Position numbers and translations under genes: made by a program | NCBI GenBank assembly: GCA_020536535.1 | Contig: JAHLWZ010000605.1 | Coordinates: 21,625-85,624, forward strand | Reading direction: 5' to 3' | DNA length: 64,000 nucleotides | Source: Pelomyxa schiedti | Lineage: Eukaryota; Protista; Evosea | Part shown: positions 13,336-25,300 of the stretch, one piece after another | Numbering within the stretch: position 1 is the first letter of the stretch | How the letters are laid out: each line of letters begins with the position of its first letter | Notes under the pieces: generated by a model | What the model saw: only the letters and a program-made list of their open reading frames with translations | Told to the model about the DNA's origin: nothing | Database searches by the model: none

Positions 13336-14318
13336 TCAGGGTGACCTTTTTTTTCCGGTTGTCAGTAAAAGAAACATATATGTTTGAATAAGAAACATAC
13401 CCAGGGATCACAGTAGTGATTGGTGGAAGAGTGTTATCATCAATGTTGGATGCATTTGCAGCAGAGGGTGGCATTCTTGCTGCTGCTGCTATAGCTTGTT
13501 GCAACAATTGTTGAGCCACCATTATCTGTTCTTGATGCTTTTGCATTATCTCTTCTGTTGGTGAAAGTGAGAAAAAAAAAGCACAACAAAAGAATAATAA
13601 AAATATATTCATATGACAACATAACGGGCCTTGAAACACACAAAACAAAACACCACTACACACACACACAAAAAAAGCAATAACCTGATTGAGGAGAAGG
13701 CATGAGGTTGTGTGCCATCATCCAAGTGAAAAAAGGTGTAGTGTTCATTGGGCCCCCAGGTTGTGGCTGTGATTGGTTTGCACCATGAGTGTGATACTGC
13801 TGTGATTGTTGAGACTGTGATTGCGTCTGCTGTTGCAGAGGTGGTGTGTGTTGTGTTGGAATGTGGACAGAATGTTGGTGTTGCTGTTGCTGCTGTTGCT
13901 CTTGTTTTTGTTGTTGCTGTTGCATTTGTAGCTGTATGTGCTGCTGCAGTTGCTGCAGCTGCTGCAGTTGCTGTTGCTGTTGTGCGTAGTCGCCGGAGTT
14001 GTTTGTGGGGCTGGCGTTGGGGCCGCCGACGCCGAGGACGCTGGCGAGGATTGAATTATGGGTTACATTAAGGGCGTTGTTGCCCCCGCCCCGGGGTTGC
14101 TGTTGCGGTTGCTGTTGCTGTTGTTGTGCGGAGATAATGGATGTGGTGGAAGGCGAATTGGACAGGAGGGAGGTGGATGAGGATGACCTGGGGGCCCGCT
14201 GCCGCGATTGTGGGACGGTGTTGATGGCGTCTTCCTCGCACTCGTAGTCACTTTTAATCGGGATCCCCGACGACGCCGTTGTGGAGCTTATGGGAGGGGG
14301 CGGTGTGGCGGCCGACAT
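13336..14318 (-). CDS. Glutamine-rich low-complexity protein (about 270 aa, 3 exons)
   Basis: ATG at 14318 (MSAATPPPP) opens poly-Q tracts. In-frame GT-AG junctions lead to EEIMQKHQEQIMVAQQLLQQAIAAAAR and ...IPGSP-stop. No folded domain was recognised. Confidence 0.55.
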
Positions 14319-14450
14319 CGCAGTCTCTGCGCTGATTCTCAAGCCCCTTCACCCCGAAAATGCGGTTGTTTGGTAATTTGCAATTTTGCCCGGAGACCTC
14401 GGCCATCTGTCCACGTTTGGAACCCGAAAACAATCACCACGCCAAATCTT

Positions 14451-16944
14451 ATGGCGATGAGCCTTTGGTGCCAGAGTCTGGCAGAGCACGGGAGCTGTGC
14501 ATCGAGTGCCTGTGCCAGTGGGACCGTGGGGAGCGGCCGCCATTCACACTGCGGGGTGGTGCACCGCGACACTGTGTATGTGTACGGCGGCCGCTGTGAT
14601 GACGTCACTTTGGGTATGCCATTTCGAAAGGCGCGCACGCATTGCCTGTGGTTGCTTTTGCCACACTGTATATTTAGTGGGGGGCTTATGGGAATGAATA
14701 GGGGACGTGGTCTCGGCTGACCTGGCGCGGGCTTGCAGTAAAAACACTGTAGAATGGAAAGTGGTTGTCTGTCATGACAGAGTTCTACCAAATCCAAGGC
14801 ACAGTGCTTCGGCTGTTTTGCACAAGAATAAAATGTAAGGGGGCGTGGCACCTTAGGTGCAATACCAACAGGTTTTGTACAGGTATGTCTTTGGAGGTGC
14901 AACCAATGAGGGCTCTTCAAATGAACTTTTGGTATTCAACATACCCAAGAAGTTATGGTCAGTGATGTCTCCAAGTACGGATTCACCTTGGCCGTCTGCA
15001 CGGTTTGGACACTGTTCTGTTGCATATGGTGATTTTATGATTGTATATGGTGGAAATACTGATAATGCTTCTGTGCCCACTGGCTCCGAATTGTGGAAAT
15101 TCAGCTTCAGAACTAAACAATGGTGCTGTCAAGCAATAGCCATGGAAGGCAGCAAATTATGTGAACTTCCACCTTCCCCAAACTTTCACTCTGGTGTGGT
15201 ATTCAAAAATATCTTGTACGTACTGTCTCCTCTAAGGGGTTCCTCCACCTCCAACAGGTTTTTCCCCCCCTTCAATTGTTTCACTCTTAGTTATTCCCTT
15301 TCTCAGCTGCAGCTACTGCATCAATCTCGACACGAACCAGCTTGAATTCACCAAGCACCCACCAAACTCACAGCTGGATATATTTGGCCACACTGCTCTC
15401 ACTATAACAGAGGCGGGCCTCCTTCTTGTTCTTGGTGGATTCTCCTGGAGCACCAATCACGCCATCTCTACAGCTGCGGTCTTCAACGTCAATACAAACC
15501 AATGGAATTGTATGTATAAAACCTCATTCCACCTGTAACAGTCTTCTAAAGCTGTTAATTGTACTGGAGATTTCGAACATATTTACTTTCACTTGAGTGT
15601 GTCTTGGAGAAGCAAGTCAGTATTAACCCTTCAGTCACTAGGACCAAATTCTAAGATTAAATTGAAGTATATTTGTTATTGGTGGAATTATTGACTCGCG
15701 GGAGAATTGTACCACGGGCCGATTTTGGAAGTGTTCTCTGAGTGGCCCTTCAGATCAATTGTCACTACTTCCAGGTATACAGTTACCATTGTATTGAGTT
15801 AAATCAAGCCTGAGAATATCATCAGATGATATTCTTATGAATACGATTCGATGGCTTGCATTCAAGGACCTCATTTCTATTTCAAGAGTATTCCTCTTTT
15901 CAATGGTTCTGTTGTGACAACACTCAGGTGAACAAGAGATTTTACCAATTTTGTCAAAACGAAACCACACTAGCCTGTATTGCCAGATCTCACCACTTGG
16001 AGTTACCAGAATCCCTACCTGCTGATGTTGTAGAGCGTAGTAGGCATATCCGACAACTACTTCTTGCATTGACTACGCCTGACTATTGCAAGTATGTGGT
16101 GTTGTATTAAACCAGTCCAACACTTGTAAGATGGTTACCTGTTTCAAACTTTTTCCTTCGAGAGCACCCCAAGTACAAAATGCATGATGTGAGGGTTATG
16201 GTTTTTGGCTCCAAAGAAGTCGGCAAGTCCACTCTATGTGTGAGATTCTTTCATGGGGTTGGCACTTAATATTGAAGGCACGTTCTAATATAATTCAGAT
16301 TTTTGTTGAAGTATTCCTCTTTGTTCAAAACCATACTTATACAGAATAAAAAAGAAAAAAGACCTCGATCTGTATGATGGGCTCTACAAAATGTTTCCAG
16401 TAAGCACCAAAGGGTGGGTCACCACTTAACATCACAGATTGACGAACTTTTCATTCGCTTGAATGTTATAGATATGGAAGACACGGAGCAGTATGCTGCT
16501 CTATATTCTTTGTATATGAAGGTACTCCCAGTTCCATCGATTCTATCATTTTGTTTTTTAAGTCTCGTAGTCAAGTCAGGCTTTCATATTGTGCTACAAT
16601 GCAGAAGTACCCGAGACTCTGAATTACCTCCATGACACTATCAAGAAAATTGAAGAAAATCAAGGACGCAAGTCGGTTCCAATGGTACTATGTGCATGCA
16701 GGTGTGACTCAGTGGAATCCAGAGAAGTCTCTACAGCTGCTGGTCTGCACTTTGCCTATGACCACTCAATTCCTGTGAGTTCCTGTTTTTTTCTGCCCTT
16801 TCGTGATACGAGTACTAGTTCTTGGAAACAAGCAGCAAGAACAATATAAATGTAGAGGCTGTCTTCTTGCAGGCAATAAGGTGCTACCTCAACACCCAAG
16901 TGACAGGGGAAACCCCAAACCCAAGCAAATGTTCGTTGATGTAA
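14451..16944 (+). CDS. Kelch-repeat / F-box / degenerate Ras-like GTPase fusion ending in CaaX (CSLM)
   Basis: Kelch blades (RHSHCGVVHRDTVYVYGG, YVFGG, ARFGHCSVAYGDFMIVYGG, IFVIGG). F-box-like SDDILMNTIRWLAFKDLISISRVNKRFYQFC. G-domain VMVFGSKEVGKST...LNVIDMEDTEQYAALYSLYMK...CACRCD...FLETSSKNNINVEAVF...SKCSLM-TAA. Confidence 0.8.
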
Positions 16945-16964
16945 AAACCCATTTCTCAGAAAAG

Positions 16965-18470
16965 ATGGCTCAAAGATTCATCCCACGAGAGGAGTGGTTC
17001 CGGTTTGTTACCGGTCTCAGTGAAGTTGAGTTCCGTTCGAGCCTACAACAGGCGAACCAGCCACCAGACCCTCCAATATTTTCAGTGTGTGGTGCTGCGG
17101 AACAAGCATCAGTACTTCTGCACCCTCGTAATGGCACCGAGTTGGGTGCCACACACGGAGATGGTGCCTGGAATTGTGGTCATCTCAAGGTGTTACAATT
17201 GTCTGAGTTGGAGCACACTGTAGGAACGGCCGTAAGGCCTGTGGCAGATTCTCCTACCAAGACTAGCGATCCACCGCTATTCGTAGTTGTCACTACGGCG
17301 GACAAGGTGCTTTATCTGTTTCAGTCAACTTTGTCAGTTCACTTCTTCCAAGTGCCAAGAGTCTCTAGCATATGTAGACGTTGCTGCTCTTCAAGCAAAT
17401 CCCGCCAATAGGGGAGCCCTCTTCCAGGTGGCTTCAAACTTCAATGCTGTTGAAGGTTACCTTTTTTTCCCCCCTGTCACATTTCTTATACTGTCAGGTA
17501 CTTCCGAGGATGTGAGCCCAACGTCACCCAACTTCGTGGGTATTCAGGCATCTTTCTCAATGCACTTCCTTTTGACTCGTTGGCAGAGGAGTATATCTAT
17601 GATAGAACTCAGGGTCCCGCGGCATCTATAAGTGCAGCACCAGCGGGTATTGCAAGAGTTTACGCCGCATTTGCATCGAACTCTACTCCCATAAGTGAAT
17701 GGGCCCAAACAGAGTCAAGGCAAATAAACCTGCTTGACAATCCCGACATCGCGCAGCATCTTCCAACCCAAAATGGCTATGTAGTAATTCCTCCACCTCA
17801 GCCAGATTCTCCCGCATTTCCCCAGCCACAGTCCCCAGAATTCTTGTCCCTACTATCAAAATGCAAAGTGGCCCTCCACCAGAACGTCAGGGTAGTTTTT
17901 GGGTCCTCCACCAATCCAAATGGACTTCCGGTCATCTCTGATTCAACACAGTGCGTTGACCAAGTATTCTGCGCTGCTGTCAATATTTCACAAGGTTACT
18001 CTGGAAGGATGAACGGAAGGAGCACCAATATTGAGGAAAAATGCAAGCTGGCTCTGCGCTGTGCATTTGATGGCGCGTATCTGTGCGCGATTGCCGAAGG
18101 CAAGACCCAACTCTTTCTGTGTCTAATTGGAGCTGGAGCCTTTGGAAATCCTTTAGATTGGTAAGCTGTTCTGTGCGTTACTGAAAGATACTTATTTTAC
18201 CGAATTCGTAGGGTATGGGAAGCCATGATATCTGCGCACCTGAGGTGGTCTTCACATCCTAACTCCAAGCTAAAAACCGTGTGGTTGCCTCTTTTCAGCT
18301 CTGGATCTTTTGTTCGTGGACTGATCGTCCAAGATCTGCTTGATAAACAGGTTAATGTTCTTCCCCCCATGTCAAACACCCACCATAAAACCAATCATCA
18401 TTTGAAGGTACCGTTTGAATGGAGAGTGGTAACAAACGGAACTACCGCACTGCAGGCACATTACCCATAG
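16965..18470 (+). CDS. Macrodomain-like (PARG-related) hypothetical protein
   Basis: Spliced motifs VDVAALQANPANRGALFQVASNFNAVE, YIYDRTQGPAAS, VDQVFCAA, LRCAFDGAYLCA and LFLCLIGAGAFGNP. The last resembles the GxGxFG loop of PARG/macro folds. Family assignment is from memory of similar bacterial, giant-virus and protist proteins. Confidence 0.55.
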
Positions 18471-18608
18471 AAGAAACGAGATCTGTCCAGATGTGTCGCT
18501 GTGTTGCGCGAGATCCAGATCTGAATAATCGTAATTAATATGCCAAATCCGAAGTACGGGCAACGCCAAAAAGAAACAAAATCCTTCATTCTGGCAAAAA
18601 ATTAGCAA

Positions 18609-21600
18609 ATGATGAAGAAGGCGTTCAACAAGCACATGAAGACCAAGTCGTCCTCTGGCATCACACGCAAAGGCATGCATGCAATCTATACACGTTCATT
18701 GAACTTTGTAGTCGTCGTTGTCGAGTCGTTCCTCTCTCTTTTTTTTTTTTTTTTTCTTTCTTTTAATTTTGTTTTGTGTGGCTATTGGTTTTTGGTAACT
18801 GTGTGTATCTAGCAGAGGACGATTTGGTCCCCACTGGGAGTCCTTTAAATAACAGTGCCCCTGTCGGTGCCGCACTAGGGGTTTCCACTTCGTTTGTTAT
18901 GAGTGCACCCACCCACAACAAACGAGGAACGCCGCGTTCACAATCTCTTACTGACACCGTCACAGTTCCGGCACCTACAGGTTTCTTCCTTTAATCTATG
19001 CTTTAGTATTTTTGCTCCCTGCCCTGAGACATGTTTTTCTTTTTCATTCTTACGATTACACTGTAGTGGATGTAACGTGTCCAATTTGCTACGAACAGTA
19101 CTCCAAACAAGCGCCAAAGATCCCTCGCGTGTTGTCATGCGGACATTATTTTTGTGAAGGTCTGAACAAAAACCCACCCTGTATTTTCACAAGGCAACAC
19201 CTAGTTGCACCTCCACCATAAATCTGAAAGTTAAAAGAGTGTCTGGATCTTGTGTGCACTGCAAGTAATCACGCCATATTTTGTATTACATGCAAACAGC
19301 AAACACTTATACCAACTGCTGGGCTTTCAGGTTTACCAGTATGCAATTCCATACTAGAAGCAGGTTGCATTTTTTTTTTTTTACCTTGGTACACACTAAG
19401 CCCACACCCATAGCAGCACTCCAAAAATCAAATGCCGCAAACATCCCCACCTCAGTCACGCCACCTTGCACTCCCGTGGTTTCTTCTGGGCTCAATTCTG
19501 CTTCACCTCCTCCCTCCCCGGCCATGGCCACAACCCAACCGCTTCTATCCATCGATTCCACGGATACCGTAAGCGTAGTTGGCACTGGACACAATGTTTC
19601 CGCCATTTGTGAGGAATGCAAAGTCAGGAACGCTACGGTCTATTGTTATAACTGCCCAGGCTCGCTATGCACTGATTGTTGCAACGCTTCGCATGTGTCT
19701 ACTCTACAACAGAGACACCAAAGAGTAAGCATCACCGCTACTCATACAATATGGTAACGGAATCCCATTTTAGGTTCCTGTTCAGCACGTTCCGAAAAGG
19801 AGGTTCTATTGTAAAGAACATCCCAGCCACTCTCTCGATCTATACTGCCAAAATGAGCAAACACTTGTTTGTCCAATGTGCTCGGTGGTTGGGTAGTTAC
19901 TCAATTTCAAAACTGAGGTCTCATCGAATTTAGATCACATCGTGGACATAATGTCTGTGGTATCGAGGAAGCAGCCTCAGAAATGCGGGAAAAACTTGGT
20001 GAGACATTAAAGGAATCTCAGGAAACACTGTCGTCTCTCAAAGATTCATATTCCTCACTTTGTGACCTGTGTGCTACCAGTGAGTCTGCAATTGAAAAAG
20101 CCTCACTTAAAATACAGGTAATCTCTTTTCATTGTAGTGCCAAAATCCAATAGCACCAAGGATTTCTTTGCCCAAATATGTAAAGCGGCGGCAGAGAGAG
20201 AAGCAGAACTATTAGCAGAGGTTGTGAAGCAATCAGAGATAAATACTCTTCGTGGTCAAGTCGATGCTGTTGCCTCAGATATAAGTTCTTTAAAAAGAGT
20301 TGTGGCGGAGAGTCGGACATTGCTCACAGGCACAAGTGATTTGGAGCTCTTGTGGGAGAAAGAGTCCCTTATTGAAAAACTGAAAATGGCAACCACAACA
20401 CAGTCTACTAAGCCTTGTTTAAATAGTACGCTTAATACCTTTAATCATCTTGTGAATGTAATCTAACTTGCATCAGAGGTTCCACTTGTACAGTTGACCG
20501 ACATTACACAAAGCATAAAGGGAGTTGGGGAGATTTTCATGAGACTATGTTCTCTGAACTTGGGAAGTGGGAAAGACGGCGCACTGGTGAGCGTCAAGCA
20601 CGACTCCCCCTTTTCACTCCTTTGCATCGAATGCACGTTCACGCTTCTGCAGATTGTGTCTAGCCATATCGTGCTTGACTCCGATCGGTGGTATGAGTTT
20701 TCGTCAGTGACGGTCACTAAGACCGGCATTCTCACAGCCCAGGCCTGGGATGGGACAACCAAAGGAAATTTCCAAATCAGAGTATGCTCACAGCAGAAAT
20801 CTTTTATGCAAACTCTGTCTTAGGTGTTAAACACCCTTAAAATTGAACAGGGTGGCGTTATTCATATGACTGGAAAAGGTATCTCCATTTTTCTTGAAAC
20901 GTACTCAAATAAAATGACAGGCTATCTTGGTGGTGGTTTCGTCACCGAATCAACTCAGGGAGTTGCTTTCCAGGTTTGCTTTCTCAAAAACAACCCTTGT
21001 TTATTTTATTTGTAGGGCGAGTCGACTTGGGGAGTGGGACAACAAGCTACAGAAGCAAACGGTGGCGGCGGAGGTGGAGGAACTGCCCACCCTGACCATG
21101 GAACCACCGGTGGGGGTGGTGGCGGCCATGGAGTATCTGGCTGCAATTCTGAGTTGACTTCTACCGCTGAAGATGTTATAGGAGGGTCTGGGGGACTACC
21201 TTATGGGACACCTGATCTCTCCCCGCCACACATGGGGGCTGGAGGTGGTTCAGGTCATCCATTTTGTGCAGGTTCCGAACATGCAACCTTTATCCTCCAT
21301 TCTCATTTTGCTTTCTAGACACAACATCACAGCAACAAGCAGAAAATCCTCAGGAATCTGAGAACACCCTCCGAGGAAGAGGTGGGTGTGGCGGAGGTAT
21401 TCTATGCATATGTTCTACAAGGATAGACAATTCCGGAATCATTGTCTGTGATGGTGCTCCCGGTGAGCCTGCAACACCACAGACTTTTGGTTCTGGTGGA
21501 GGTGGTGGGGCTGGTGGAAGTATATGGATTCAAACAGAGGTTGGTCTTATCCACACTCCGTGCATATATGACATCAACTAGGTTTTGCACAACGACGGGC

Positions 21601-21764
21601 TGATATCTTGCAGTGGAGGGGAAGGTGGTGCCTGTGGCAATCCCAACACCGGACTATGTGGAAATGGCGGAATGGGTGCTTGTGGCAGGATAAGACTGGA
21701 TACCCTTACTACGGAAGGGCAAGGCGCAGTCCTACCAGAGCCCCACACAAAAAAACTAGCCTAA
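18609..21764 (+). CDS. TRIM-like E3 ligase: RING, two B-boxes, coiled coil, C-terminal glycine-rich domain
   Basis: RING CPICYEQY...PRVLSCGHYFCEG; B-box CEECKVRNATVYCYNCPGSLCTDC..H..H; B-box CKEHPSHSLDLYCQNEQTLVCPMC; coiled coil; then GGGGGG/GAGGGSG/GGGGAGGSIWI/GRIRLD. Start is 18609 or 18899. Confidence 0.8.
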
Positions 21765-22328
21765 GTGTTAAATAGTTTTAGTTTTGCGGTGTACTTGATT
21801 CTTGAAGTATGGGCCAAGTTACTTTGGGTCGGTAGACTCATAAATGTCTCTGGAACTTCGCTCAGTGGCTAGGTTATCGGCGCGGCGAGCACTTCCATGT
21901 GTTGTTGGGTGCAGCAGCATAGCCATCCTCGCGCTCCTCCAAGTTGTCGTGGTCGTCGGTGGTCCTCAACAGCCATACGATGTTCATGGAAATAGAACAA
22001 TCTGTCCCATAACGCCCGAGTGGAAAGTGGGTAGCCAATAAATAAGCACAGTTAATGGCTCCAATTTTTGGGTGGTTTGCTCTCATGTGTCAGGGTGCGG
22101 GGCACAACATGACTCCTCTTTCTTTGTGCCCTATAATCGCTCAATAAAAACCTGGCTCTGGATCTGACCCTTGTTCTGCTGGCTGTTCTCTTGAACCAAC
22201 TTCTCAAAACTTCCCCTGATACACAACCAAATTCCCCTTTTTTTGGTTGGTTGGAGTACGTGGCATTTACCATGGTACTGGTGGTTTTGAGTGTTTACAA
22301 TCTTTTTTTGTTGTGTTAATAGACTCAA

Positions 22329-25300
22329 CTAGTTCCTGCTTTTGGGGGGCACCATCATCATCTGCAAGGGAATGCTACCAGGAGGGGGAGTGAAGGCGGC
22401 CATTCTCAGTGTTCTGTGCTTGGCCCTCTGGTTTGTCCTAAGTCTGAATGTGTTACCACTGCTGAGTTGTTCCATCATTTCTTGCATGGCATCACGTGTG
22501 TTGGTCGGACCGGCTGCTGGGGGCGGGGATGGGGTTCTAGCCGGCGGGGGTGTCTTGGCGTCAGGGGTTGTGGTACGCACCGGCGTGAGTCGGTTGCTTG
22601 CGCCGGAAGAAATCCCAGGCCGGCGCTGCTCTAGCTGGTGGTGGGTGAGTTTATGCGTGGCTATAAAGGTGAGGGGAACATACAGCCCTCTTTTCGGCAG
22701 CTTCTTTTTGCCTTTCGGCCATTTCTAGTTGCTTCTTTGTGGTCTAGTGGAATGGCCAGTTAGTCTAAGGTAAGGCGAAGTTGTTCCATACCTCCACAAG
22801 TGAAATAATGTCATGGACCGTCTTGAAGAATTCCTCTGGTGTTGTTGTATCAGGTTCACCAAACGAAAGGGAAAGGTCCTTGAATTCCTTCTGTGCTGCG
22901 TCAAATGTAGATTGTAGCTGGACACACTGAGCAACAGCACCAGAAATGAGAGGCTAGAACAGAACTTAGAAGATAAGGAAATGAGAAAAGAAATGAACCG
23001 GTATAGTGCTGTTGAACACATCCTCAGGGCCAAGGGTTCGTGATTTTAAACAAACATCAACATCCAGTGATGCCTGTGCTGAATCTCGCCGGAGGGTCTT
23101 AATTGACTCTTGTATTGATGTAAAACTAACTGTAAAACTAGTAGTTACAAAAGGTTTTTGGCTGAAAGTATTGCCAAACCCGACAGTGCCTGATGAACGG
23201 AACCCAGATCCGCAGTAAACTGCAGTACATCAGCTTCTGTACGACTTACATACGAAATTAAATATTGGAATAGATTTCCACTATTATCTTGGTTTTTTGT
23301 ATCTGCCATCTTGTTTGCAATTAGATTCGAATAAATTGTATGTAGAAGGCAACTTTTGATATACTCTCTAACTTGAAACCACCAGCATTGCCTTTGGGGG
23401 TGCCTTCATTCAGGAAGTTGCCCAACTGCAAGACATACTCCAAAAAGCGTAAAAACTTGGGACTTTTCATGTCTGCTATTGCAGAGTTGATTGTCTTCAG
23501 ATTCTATGAAGACAGTCACCAAAAAAGAATAACGGTGACTTCTATACATTGGAGATCTCCTTGACGATGGGGGGCACTTTTGTAGTGAATGATATGCATG
23601 ATAGACGCTCCTGGAAACAAGGAATGCTGCTGATCTACAAAGGGTTATTGGTAATCCATGAAGATAGTTTAACCTCGAGTAAGTAAAGCTCTGGTTCACC
23701 AAGAAGAGATTGGTCTCCGCCACCTGATAGGTACGCCTGAATACTTTCGACCTAGGGAATTAAGCCCAAACGAAAGAGAGACTGTAACAGTGCACTTCTT
23801 GAACTGTAGGAGCATTCTCAATAAGCCTTGCTGTACTTTCTGGTGTTAGGACATCTTTGTTGCAAGCCAGGATGGCATTCTTTATGCCTTTTCTATCTCG
23901 CACAGCAAAAGTCCTCAAGAAAACTCCTAAATAAAAGTGCCATGTTATGAGGTTCAATCCAAACAACTAGTCGCACTCACCAAGGTTCTGACTCCTCTTG
24001 GAATCTATTATACTTACAGCTTTTGGCGCTTTGGCTGCAAAGGTGGTGAATTGGGAAAAGAAAAAAAGGGGGGAAGTTTGTTACAAGCAGGCGAGCTAGG
24101 AGTGGTCGGCTTTGTTGACTTTGCCGGAGCTTTGCAGAAGAGCTTTTCTATTTCCGCAAAATTGAAAGTAGCCTCCTGTATTTGTGTTAGCACTTCGAAG
24201 GATTGGTAGGAACAAACTGGTTTCCCACTTGGAGTGGAAAAAATTGTTTTGGCTACTTGAGCATTTGGAATTTTCGTCCAATGGAAGTTCTTTACTAAAA
24301 CTGATGAGCCAAAGAATTATCTTGGAGTTAATGGTACCAGGCACAGACGGTTTCTGTTTGCGAGATCTTTTGACACCTCCTAGTAAGCCAGGAGGAGGTG
24401 GTGGCGGTGGAGCCCCTGGACCTGGAGGTGGCGGTGGAGGAGGTGGGGGAGCAGAAGAGTCTGTCGAGGAAGCATCACCCTTGGGTGTGGGTGGTGGAGT
24501 GGGACTCCGCCTTGGAGTAGTCTTATGCCCTTCAACTGCTTCCGAATCTGGAGATGATTCTGCCGAAACGCGAAGCTTAATTGCGGATGCACCCTTTCCG
24601 GGTGGAGGTGGTGGGGGAGGGGGAGCAGGAGCATTTTCCGAAGCTGGTGATCCTGCAGAATAATTTAAGGAAACAGGAAACCGTTCAGAAGAAGTACGAG
24701 AGGAGTCATTGCTTGATACTTTAGTGCCAAGTTCAGCTTGTGCCGAAGTGAGTTGAAGTTTGGTCTGTGCTAGCTCCTCCTTAGTACTGGCAAGTTGGTG
24801 TTTCAGAGATTCGAGATCACGAGTGAGGGAGCCAAGGGCCCTAGAGGGTTCTATTAGAGCGCGTAGTAACAGTAGCAAGGTACTGTTCAAGGTTCGAACA
24901 TTTCTGTCTTTCTGCAACCAGAAGAGAAGAACTCGCATCAGAGGAATTTGCCGCATCGGCTATAACTTGCTCCAATCTTTTCGAAACTTCCTCATATTTA
25001 CGTTTCATAGCATCGTAGTTCAGTTTATCATCCACTCCAGTTAGCAAATCTTCTAGATGTACAGTACTGCCTGTGGGGAAGTTTCAGTTTTCATCCGAAG
25101 TCGTGACTGAGTTCATACCATCATCTAAGGAGATGGCAGACTTCTGCATGGCTATTTGGGAAAGCATCCTAGATACAAGAACCCAGAGTCGCATCCTTTT
25201 TCAACCCGTTATATTGGAATAGAAATAGCAAGAACATACCCTGTATCAGGGTGTAGAGGAAGGGAACAAAGGCTTTGAAGAATGCTCATTAGCAACGGAT

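Noticed and set aside
18673-18812. Apparent in-frame GC-AG intron in the TRIM-like gene
   Set aside because: A canonical GT donor in the same phase exists a few codons later (ACA C|gttcat), and ATG 18899 needs no upstream exon.
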